This document shows positions 30,901 through 36,895 of a stretch of DNA of 48,385 nucleotides, in pieces. The translations under genes were made by a program, and so were the position numbers. The DNA is taken from positions 1 to 48,385 of IMG/VR virus record IMGVR_UViG_3300030372_004824; one strand, given 5' to 3'. Position 1 is the stretch's first letter. Every line of letters begins with the position of its first letter. A model generated the notes under the pieces. The model had not been told where the DNA came from. It saw only the letters and a program-made list of their open reading frames with translations, and searched no databases. The stretch comes from a virus. Lineage: Duplodnaviria; Caudoviricetes.

Positions 30901-32969
30901 CAAAAGTTAGACAAGCAAAAGGTGTTGAAAGTAAATCTGCTATAAACAAAGCGTTTAATGAAATACTTGAAAACGTTACTGGTATTGGCGCTGATAAAAG
31001 ATTTGGTGCTGCTAAAGCTAGAAAACGTGGCTCTAGCAAAGGTAAGTTTAGATTTTTTATACCACCATCACACGAAGATTTTGTAGGTTTATTGTATAAC
31101 TTTATGGGCAAAGGTAGAACAGGTGATAGTCATAGAGATTTTTTTGAAAAAACTTTAATAAAGCCTTTGAATAGAGCCTTTAGAGAGCTTGATACTGCTA
31201 GACAGTCTATAGCAAACGATTACAAGTCTTTAAACAAGCAAATGCCTGAAGTTAAAAAGTTATTTAAAAAAGAAGTGCCAACGGGTGATTTTACTTATGA
31301 AGACGCTATAAGAGTTTATTTGTTTGATAAGCACGGGCATACTGTACCTGGTTTAAGTAAAAAAGATCAAGCAGATCTTGTTAGTTTAGTACGTAACGAC
31401 GAAAAATTATTAGCTTATGCTGAAGCTTTAAATATATTATCAAAACAAGAAAGCTATGTTACACCTACAGAGACTTGGGACACAGGTGATATTAGAGTTG
31501 ATTTAGACGATGCAACTGGTAGAGTTGGTAGAGCTCAGTTTTTTAAAGAGTTTAGTGATAACGTTGATATTATATTTTCTACAGAAAACTTAAACAAAAT
31601 TGAAGCTGCTTACGGTAAAGAGATGAGAGACTCTATACTAGATATGCTTTATAGAATACAAACAGGTAGAAATAGACCTCAAGGTCAAGACGGTTATGTA
31701 AACGTGTTTGTAGATTATTTAAATGGATCTGTTAGTACTGTAATGTTTTTTAATGTTAGATCAGCTATATTACAGCAATTATCTTTTGTAAACTTTATAA
31801 ACTTTGCTGATAATAACTTATATGCTGCTGCAAAAGCTTTTGCAAATCAAAAACAATATTGGGCTGATTGGGCTATGTTATTTAACTCTGATTTTATGAA
31901 ACAAAGGCGTGGCGGTATTAGAACAGACGTTAACGGCGCTGAATTAGCACAAGCTGTTGCAAAATCAGATAGTCCAACACGTACTGTTATACAAAAGTTA
32001 TTACAAATAGGTTTTTTACCTACACAAATTGGTGATAATATTGCAATTGCTTCTGGTGGTGCTACAATGTATAGAAATAGACTTAATACTTATTTAAAAC
32101 AAGGTTTAAGTAAAAAAGAAGCTCAAGAAAAAGCTTTTGCTGATTTTCAAGAAATAGCAGAGGCTACACAGCAGTCCGCAAGACCTGATATGGTTTCAAA
32201 ACAACAGTCTTCTGTTGCTGGTAAAATAATATTAAATTTTCAAAACGTTACTTCACAGTATAATAGATTAATGAAAAAATCTTTTTCAGATTTAATTAAT
32301 AGAAGAATATCTAAAGGTTATACCACTCAAGCCCAAAGTGATTTAGCTAATGTAAATAAAATATTATATTATGGTGCTGTACAAAATATAATATTCTATA
32401 GTTTACAGTCTGCTTTATTTATGATGTTATTTGATGATGACGATGAAGAGTTTTTTGATAAGAAAAAAGAAAGAGTTTTAAACGGTAGCTTAGACAGTAT
32501 ATTAAGAGGCGCTGGTATATATGGTGCTATTGCTTCTACGTTAAAAAACGTTGTTAGACAGTTTAGAAAACAACGTGAGTCTAAAAGACCAGATATGACT
32601 GCTGTTGCTATAGAAGCCTTAAACTTATCACCTGTTATAGGTATTAAAGCTAGTAGAATAGTAGGTGCAGAAAAAACCTTAGTATATGATAAGAGAGCTA
32701 TAGAAAAAATGGGTGATTTTGATATTGATAATCCACATTTTGACGCATATACAGCTTATATTGAAGCAATACTTAATTTACCATTAAATAGAATTTATAG
32801 AAAAACTATAAACACTAGAAATGCTTTTGACTCGCAATATCAAGCATATCAAAGAGTATTGTTTTTTAGTGGTTATACTAATTATAACTTAGGTATAGAA
32901 AACAAAGAAGTTGAAAGATACAAAAAAAGAAGAAAAAAGAAACAAGGTAAAAAAATACATATTTATTAA
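24957..32969 (+). CDS. Giant ejection / polyvalent protein (2670 aa) with zincin-like, sigma70-like, HNH-like and HAD phosphatase segments
   Basis: HHDGLH...DEEFF (27555-27752), sigma region 2-like block (28080-28300), EHMIP...WKRY (30036-30250), DFDDT...LTAR...FADD (30435-30845); last gene of the ejection triad. Confidence 0.75.
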   Translation: MFTLGDNQYTLEQLKGFASKRGEDFDSYFTSLQQIGLQGEGYTPKIEGSKTAELPQITPADVDLTEEQFVTKYKDVLSMMGFEVKQANRRIPIGRGLGVGIPGTDAITITSPPDENKNTVSETFGVDVLNLFMGEQHRGKASKINDFIKQHVDKSNIDLNFFSAGYQTAREKYDSVDFENLSAKEIFEIQNDISNDIFNSGDAVTKVVANIAVGMQDLQKNTINSLSKKYNVTDISQSSEAMNDYTFIMGKEFDKRLDESEDLKRLEELTGKIAQNVFKPALKPQLAKEEEDEVLSETTVGRAIIKGFRRNPKLDKLFRAIYGTAGVKFPKAAADFTKLNIDERIGNISAELEELKQKDPNEKINVIGVFNQKSPELNVKGGIYTVAERIEQINNIMPKLEEQASQQFAKGKEYQEKLQKLNVVELYDEDLSIDVDGEKLYSMIGDQGVQMLSVMLSGGGSTMVQEAGNAYAEITSQKAAMKMFKNLEPKEALKAFYKEDIKTQADAILELVKNGESDTDIAFSIGGTNAGLDMAGAYIGFSRAVKFLPKKLTRQFIDGEYIKFLQGGYKSFGKDVAISMFAETLTETLQEGVNLFGVSRATGVNPKVKEIKKRVLEAGTQAMLATGPLVGGGKIVTTGSKELLTQFVAHTNPDHKRNFINQARKKVDLEYKNGKRSKEDRDAIHDQLDMMDEYTNLDLLGDNKKSKEDYINAATEDVVLRRQQEKLESEKKTLEKFGGVDPMGGRGSVAIDLELNKIKKKREALSKKKMKAVRTGNYLQSLKSISYAINNTQDGVLGDKTITSFQTVEEALEYINGKKYNITKSQKDRLENGQSTAITFGNETIAVKDNAIGLINKNDPYSTNSIHHDGLHLILNAFNDKQLKEARDLLTKELGKSTDPLQMKMNEDIAARFLQYVADPDYTGRALDEEFFTAVSDVYKAYTLANLNTESAGVFDLLAEGFRNIFRKNTGMNLDLEKLDPGTMLEFIKQYNAFNGKTGVAAPSRTALVASEVDDKNAKESKEASDQVQQIFEQRGVAGAMDIIDLFKPITARIAEERRNAPNYDKELLMSEIEIGKRGIFDLIRDYKVESGVPLAAYINTNLRRRAIEASRRVLGEEFTEDVSTRVDIAEREVDVEISRPQRKKIRLAERLGVKNKVDEIISKKISDLDINNLNFKNLKNLVPEIVGELYGISPKKIENLANITKKELQSAQMFINKNADLLIAMLPEGATSGGTATGVPKTLLNEFYTKTSRAKMAETGTKAGLAIQVKNKNIDKTKFLEVFGIVDGKPVRTDRNTSARVLALANQTGKMLTNQAVRQQLLDDGQVASALFKIEDGKSPAMESKAAANLTPEKLMEFMSRVPSVGNILSPLMPLYRKKYLTEAMDIVYSGVLSTDEIVDLTNDIHKIIKQYVKEPVDNVRITKKPEDFSKYLIDELLNFDLSILEITDVKETKNELFLDLDLIKEQRAGAVIAVKKLIDKHGIEQALRYALAFMKPMYAGASKIADGRYDVNSEGDVFYIGDEAFEQLEIYKRQEKAKPEGALSQVLMNRAQVFKNVPDFVNVLNKGVPGLNIVYTGANLSTAIFNYNGKPINVNTSIIDQTSQNFINKIKNEGEAAVKKQSLKEAKEARELINDLITIFNEENSLSNKNLAMMLFSLNSNMQTPMRRAANLFYVSENYNTFKNPGSQLEYEHMIPANWMMIKTLQANLAEGGIKNLDNFYKNYNVAIIPKEMNTIINSQEVGYKSTMPSDYKLTDPAWKRYYNNRTLAKKGMVAIRELGTDKLVGSNFTKVNFIKDPKNAQTFEKAIQKSREVGVESKGISILDFDDTLAVSQSLVKFTRPDGTTGTLTPAQYASTYENLLGQGYVFDFSEFNKVIKGRTAPLFQKALKLANKFGTKNMFVLTARPPESATAIFEFLKANGLNIPLKNITGLANSTAEAKALWVADKVADGYNDFYFADDALQNVQAVKNILDQFDVKSKVRQAKGVESKSAINKAFNEILENVTGIGADKRFGAAKARKRGSSKGKFRFFIPPSHEDFVGLLYNFMGKGRTGDSHRDFFEKTLIKPLNRAFRELDTARQSIANDYKSLNKQMPEVKKLFKKEVPTGDFTYEDAIRVYLFDKHGHTVPGLSKKDQADLVSLVRNDEKLLAYAEALNILSKQESYVTPTETWDTGDIRVDLDDATGRVGRAQFFKEFSDNVDIIFSTENLNKIEAAYGKEMRDSILDMLYRIQTGRNRPQGQDGYVNVFVDYLNGSVSTVMFFNVRSAILQQLSFVNFINFADNNLYAAAKAFANQKQYWADWAMLFNSDFMKQRRGGIRTDVNGAELAQAVAKSDSPTRTVIQKLLQIGFLPTQIGDNIAIASGGATMYRNRLNTYLKQGLSKKEAQEKAFADFQEIAEATQQSARPDMVSKQQSSVAGKIILNFQNVTSQYNRLMKKSFSDLINRRISKGYTTQAQSDLANVNKILYYGAVQNIIFYSLQSALFMMLFDDDDEEFFDKKKERVLNGSLDSILRGAGIYGAIASTLKNVVRQFRKQRESKRPDMTAVAIEALNLSPVIGIKASRIVGAEKTLVYDKRAIEKMGDFDIDNPHFDAYTAYIEAILNLPLNRIYRKTINTRNAFDSQYQAYQRVLFFSGYTNYNLGIENKEVERYKKRRKKKQGKKIHIY

Positions 32970-34018
32970 TGAAAAAACTATTTATACTATTATTAACTGC
33001 TTTAACTGCTTGTGCGGCGCCTAAAAAGTGTTGCGGCCAAGATATTAAAAAAATATTTAAATTTTCAACATTTTATGCGGCTGCTAATGGTGGTACTTCA
33101 ATATCAGATGTTGACGTGTTTTCTGTTACAAACGGTTTACAAACATCAACAATTAAAACACCTTATGATTATAATTTAGTTTTAGGTATACGTAAAATAG
33201 CTAGATTTGGCTATGAAAACAGAGCACAAACATTTTACGACGGTACTGAAAATTCATGGTCAGATGGAGCTAACATAGGTAAAGTATCTGGCTTAGAGTT
33301 TTTATTTGAAGTTGATTATAGCAGACAACAAGGCAACGAGTATATTGATCAACATCATTTTGTTAGATTTGTAGAAGACAAATATATATTAAAAGGTGAA
33401 TACTTAGAAGATGGTTTTGCAGATGTTAAGTATGTTGAAACATCTGAAAGATATAGATATAAAATAAATAATAAGTTGTCTTTTAACGTTGGTGCTGTTC
33501 AAAGATTATCTGAGCCTTATGGTTACGATCCACTAGAAGAGTGGAAATTAGATAATGGCGGTATACACTATACGTATTTAGCTTTGCAAGAAGGTTACAA
33601 TGTAGATGTATTTAAATCTGAATATACAGATCCAAACGGTAGTATAGTAGCTACATCAGCTGATGTTTGGGAACAAGTTGTAATACCTACCGTGTTAGCA
33701 AATTATACCGAAAGAAAACGTAACGAATTAGATCAGATAATACAACACTCGCTAGTGTTAGGTTTTGATTATTATCATTACACTAAAATGTTTTGGACAC
33801 ATGCTTGGGCTAACGTTATGCCTTGGCACTATGATGATGACGGTGAGTTTTCATATCATAAATATAATAATGGACAATGGCTTGATTATAGTGGTGGTTT
33901 AATATTTGGTTATAAGCTAAATAGGTCTTTAGGGCTGTTTGCAGAAGGCAAGTATAACAAATATTGGAATAGAGAGTGGTATGACTTTAAATTTGGAGTA
34001 AATTACGTAATCTTTTAA
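32969..34018 (+). CDS. Secreted outer-membrane beta-barrel-like protein
   Basis: Signal peptide MKKLFILLLTALTAC, alternating aromatic/Gly beta strands, C-terminal FKFGVNYVIF resembling a BAM beta-signal. Confidence 0.7.
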   Translation: MKKLFILLLTALTACAAPKKCCGQDIKKIFKFSTFYAAANGGTSISDVDVFSVTNGLQTSTIKTPYDYNLVLGIRKIARFGYENRAQTFYDGTENSWSDGANIGKVSGLEFLFEVDYSRQQGNEYIDQHHFVRFVEDKYILKGEYLEDGFADVKYVETSERYRYKINNKLSFNVGAVQRLSEPYGYDPLEEWKLDNGGIHYTYLALQEGYNVDVFKSEYTDPNGSIVATSADVWEQVVIPTVLANYTERKRNELDQIIQHSLVLGFDYYHYTKMFWTHAWANVMPWHYDDDGEFSYHKYNNGQWLDYSGGLIFGYKLNRSLGLFAEGKYNKYWNREWYDFKFGVNYVIF

Positions 34019-34038
34019 ACTATAACTACACACTAAAA

Positions 34039-34314
34039 ATGGCAAAAGAATTAAACGAAGATACTGGCTTTACAATAAGTATAAAAACATTAGTAGCAAT
34101 AGGTTTTGCAATATCTACAATTATAGGTATGTGGTTTGCCTTACAGGCTGATATTGCAGAAGCAAAAGAACTGCCTAAGCCAGATGTTACGCGTATGGAA
34201 TTTAACATGAAAGATGTAAACATAAGAAATACTATTATGGAGACTAGAGACGATGTTAAAAAGTTAGAAGAGCGTATGATTCGTATGGAAGACAAAATAG
34301 ATAAATTGAGATAA
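34039..34314 (+). CDS. Small single-pass membrane protein with a C-terminal coiled coil
   Basis: TM segment LVAIGFAISTIIGMWFAL followed by heptads DVKKLEERMIRMEDKIDKL. Confidence 0.65.
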   Translation: MAKELNEDTGFTISIKTLVAIGFAISTIIGMWFALQADIAEAKELPKPDVTRMEFNMKDVNIRNTIMETRDDVKKLEERMIRMEDKIDKLR

Positions 34315-34320
34315 ATTGAA

Positions 34321-34671
34321 ATGAAAAAATTAGACATGTCAAAGGTCGTTTATGTTTTGATGATGATAGTAGTGTTTACTATATCACAAGCTTTCGGCCA
34401 AATAACAGTAACACACTTTAATGCCGAGTGGAATAATACTAATAAAGTTGAGTGGTTTACTAAACTAGATGATTGTGATTTAGCAGATGTTGATATTGTT
34501 AAAGAGCCAAAACTACAAGAAAAACACAAAATAGTTATAGTGCCTACTATAGTTATATTTAAAGACGGTGAAGAAATAAAAAGGTATCAAGCAGACCTTA
34601 GTTTTAAAATGCTTGCAACAAGAAAAGAAATACAAGAATTTATTAACGAACAAATAATGAGCGACTTTTAG
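34321..34671 (+). CDS. Exported thioredoxin-fold protein lacking CxxC
   Basis: Signal peptide ending AFG-Q; HFNAEWNNTNK in place of WCGPCK; VDI...IVPTIVIFKDGEEIKR cis-Pro motif. Confidence 0.7.
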   Translation: MKKLDMSKVVYVLMMIVVFTISQAFGQITVTHFNAEWNNTNKVEWFTKLDDCDLADVDIVKEPKLQEKHKIVIVPTIVIFKDGEEIKRYQADLSFKMLATRKEIQEFINEQIMSDF

Positions 34672-34673
34672 TT

Positions 34674-35057
34674 ATGCCAGGATCAGAAAAACAAAACGAT
34701 ATGTTTGACGCTTCGCCTTTAGATTTTAAACAAAAAGGTAATCCGTTTCCTGTAACTAGTTGTGGTAGACGTAGAAACACTGGAGGTCCTTTATTTAGAA
34801 AAAAAAGTAACGAGCCTAGAAGAACTACAAAAGGTAAGGGTCGTAACTTTAGAACAGTTGAAGAGGGTGCTGGTATGACCTCTAAAGGAGTTAAAGAATA
34901 TAGACGTAAAAACCCTGGAAGTAAGCTTAAAACAGCTGTAACAGGAAAAGTTAAACCAGGCAGTAAAGCTGCTAAAAGAAGAAAATCATTTTGCGCTAGA
35001 TCAAAAGGCTGGACCGGAGAACGTGGTAAAGCTGCTAGACGTAGATGGAAATGTTAA
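34674..35057 (+). CDS. Small highly basic protein (RRKSFCAR family, DUF6321-like)
   Basis: GAGMTSKGV..YRRKNPGSKLKTAVT...RRKSFCARS...RRWKC. Confidence 0.65.
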   Translation: MPGSEKQNDMFDASPLDFKQKGNPFPVTSCGRRRNTGGPLFRKKSNEPRRTTKGKGRNFRTVEEGAGMTSKGVKEYRRKNPGSKLKTAVTGKVKPGSKAAKRRKSFCARSKGWTGERGKAARRRWKC

Positions 35058-35074
35058 CAAATAAATAAACAAAC

Positions 35075-35329
35075 ATGCCTAGATTAAGAGTAAAAGATAT
35101 GCCTAGAAAGCAACAAATGGCTGTAAAAGCTACAATGGCTGATGGTGGCAAGGGTAATCCAAATAAAATGAAAAAAAGTTCGGCGCTAAAAAAAATATCT
35201 GCTGCTTGTAAAGCTGCTGCAAAAAAGAAATTTAAAGTTTGGCCTAGCGCTTATGCTTCTGGTTGGGGCGTAAGGTGTACTAGAGCTGGTGGGCCATCTA
35301 GATTTGGTGGAGGTAAAAAGAAAAAGTAA
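35075..35329 (+). CDS. Small highly basic protein (KVWPSAYASG motif)
   Basis: Lys-rich 84 aa with KKFKVWPSAYASGWGVRC. Confidence 0.6.
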   Translation: MPRLRVKDMPRKQQMAVKATMADGGKGNPNKMKKSSALKKISAACKAAAKKKFKVWPSAYASGWGVRCTRAGGPSRFGGGKKKK

Positions 35330-35631
35330 TGGGGTCGCCTATAGTAAAACGTAAAGATCCTGTAAAAGGCACAGGTAAAAAACCAAAAGGTACTGGTAGA
35401 CGTTTATATACAGACGAAAACCCAAAAGATACCGTAAGTATTAAATTTGCTACTCCTAGTGATGCTAGAGCAACCGTAGCTAAAGTTAAAAGAATAAATA
35501 AGCCTTATGCGCGCAAAATACAAATATTAACCGTAGGAGAGCAAAGAGCAAAAGTTATGGGCAAGTCACAAGTTGCTAGTATATTTAAACGTGGAAAAGA
35601 AACAATAAGAAAAGCTAGAAAAAATGTTTAA
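35329..35631 (+). CDS. Small highly basic protein (LYTDENPKDT motif)
   Basis: 100 aa, TAATG-coupled to the previous gene. Confidence 0.6.
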   Translation: MGSPIVKRKDPVKGTGKKPKGTGRRLYTDENPKDTVSIKFATPSDARATVAKVKRINKPYARKIQILTVGEQRAKVMGKSQVASIFKRGKETIRKARKNV

Positions 35632-36151
35632 AGATTTTGATACAAAGCCGTTTAAAAAAAAGAAACCACCTGTAGATAGTGGCTACACTACTCGTACAGA
35701 AATAAATGAGCTTAAAAAAATACCTTTAAATAAAAAGTTTGTAAAAGACAATGATAATATAGAATCTGCTTTTGCTAAAACAGCTAAAGATAATAATGTT
35801 GAAGATTATGATAAAAGTATTGCTGCAAATTTTATTAAAAAATCAGCACCAATAATATTAGATTTAAAAAAACATCATAATAGAAAAAGACCTTATGAAT
35901 TAGATAGCGCTTTAAAAGCTATAGTATTAAAATCTATGCAAACACCGTCATATCCATCTGGACACTCTGTTCAAGGCACTGGCATAGCAAAATTATTAGC
36001 AGATAAATATCCAAAAGCTAAATCTGCTTTTTTAAAAACAGGTAAAAATATATCTTATAGTCGTAGAGTTGCCCGCGCTCACTATAAGTCAGACAGTAAG
36101 GTGGGCGAAGAAATAGGTAACTCAATGTATAAATTTATAAAAAACAATTAA
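35624..36151 (+). CDS. PAP2 / haloperoxidase-superfamily phosphatase, soluble
   Basis: All three motifs are present: K-x6-RP (KKHHNRKRP), PSGH (TPSYPSGHS) and SR-x5-H-x3-D (SRRVARAHYKSD); no TM segments or signal peptide. Confidence 0.85.
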   Translation: MFKDFDTKPFKKKKPPVDSGYTTRTEINELKKIPLNKKFVKDNDNIESAFAKTAKDNNVEDYDKSIAANFIKKSAPIILDLKKHHNRKRPYELDSALKAIVLKSMQTPSYPSGHSVQGTGIAKLLADKYPKAKSAFLKTGKNISYSRRVARAHYKSDSKVGEEIGNSMYKFIKNN

Positions 36152-36152
36152 A

Positions 36153-36494
36153 ATGAAAAAAGCACCAACAAAGTTTAACAAAAAAATGCAAGCTGCAGCC
36201 GCTGCTGGTAAGTTAGATAAAAACCCAAAGCTTAAAGCTGCTGTTGAAAAAGCTGGACCACCAATGAAAAAAGGGTCAATGGCTAAAATGAAAAAATCAA
36301 TGGCTACTTTAAAAAAGTCTATGGCTAAGTTAATGAAAGATGATAAAGCTGCTATGAAACTTAAAAAAGAAGGAGCTATGATGATGAAAAAAGCATCAGC
36401 AACTATGATGAAAACTAAAAAGTCAATGGCTACAATGAAGAAAAAGTCAGCTATGATGATGAAGTCTATGGCTAAAATGGGTCACAAGAAATAA
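36153..36494 (+). CDS. Lys/Met/Ala-rich low-complexity basic protein
   Basis: Repeated KKSMA(K/T)(M/L) units. Confidence 0.6.
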   Translation: MKKAPTKFNKKMQAAAAAGKLDKNPKLKAAVEKAGPPMKKGSMAKMKKSMATLKKSMAKLMKDDKAAMKLKKEGAMMMKKASATMMKTKKSMATMKKKSAMMMKSMAKMGHKK

Positions 36495-36773
36495 ATGTAC
36501 GTTCAGAAGAACAATCCTATAAAGAAAAAGCAAAAAGGCGGAGGCACACGTAAAACATGTTTGCCTGCCGCTAAAATTGCTAGTATGAGCAAGTCTGAAA
36601 GACAACGTTTAGTTTCTGCTAAACAAAAGTCTGGTAAAGCAGGTAAATATAGACGTTCTTCAAAAACAAATGTAAAAGGTGCTCGTAAAAAAGGCGCTAC
36701 GCTACGTGATTGGTTTCAAAAAGAAGACTGGAGACAAGTTAATAATCCTAAAAAAAAATGTGGTGAAAAATAA
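36495..36773 (+). CDS. Small highly basic protein (CLP...MSKSER / LRDWFQKEDW motifs, DUF5872-like)
   Basis: 92 aa, abutting the previous stop. Confidence 0.6.
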   Translation: MYVQKNNPIKKKQKGGGTRKTCLPAAKIASMSKSERQRLVSAKQKSGKAGKYRRSSKTNVKGARKKGATLRDWFQKEDWRQVNNPKKKCGEK

Positions 36774-36891
36774 AAATACACCTTTTAAATTAAGAAAAGT
36801 TAATTCTCCCATGAAGTGTTGGAAAACACATAAACAACAAGGTTATAAGAAAAAAGGAGGAAGAACTGTGCCTAACTGTGTACCAAAATAA
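36763..36891 (+). CDS. Tiny basic protein with a CW...KKKGG.TVPNCVP motif (start uncertain, GTG 36760 or 36763)
   Basis: 3' part of track ORF 36679-36891; fills the gap between neighbouring genes and carries a two-Cys motif. Confidence 0.5.
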   Translation: MKNKNTPFKLRKVNSPMKCWKTHKQQGYKKKGGRTVPNCVPK

Positions 36892-36895
36892 AATT

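Noticed and set aside
32715-32729. DFDID pentapeptide, matching the catalytic motif of crAss-like virion RNA polymerases
   Set aside because: It lies about 80 aa from the C-terminus in a helical-looking region with no double-psi beta-barrel context visible. Probably coincidental; a profile search of the region would settle it.
2048-36895. Track start positions 2048, 23031, 36679 and 36878
   Set aside because: These upstream near-cognate starts create long overlaps or bury the signal peptide. Downstream starts (2135, 23094, about 36763, 36896) fit the local leader pattern better.
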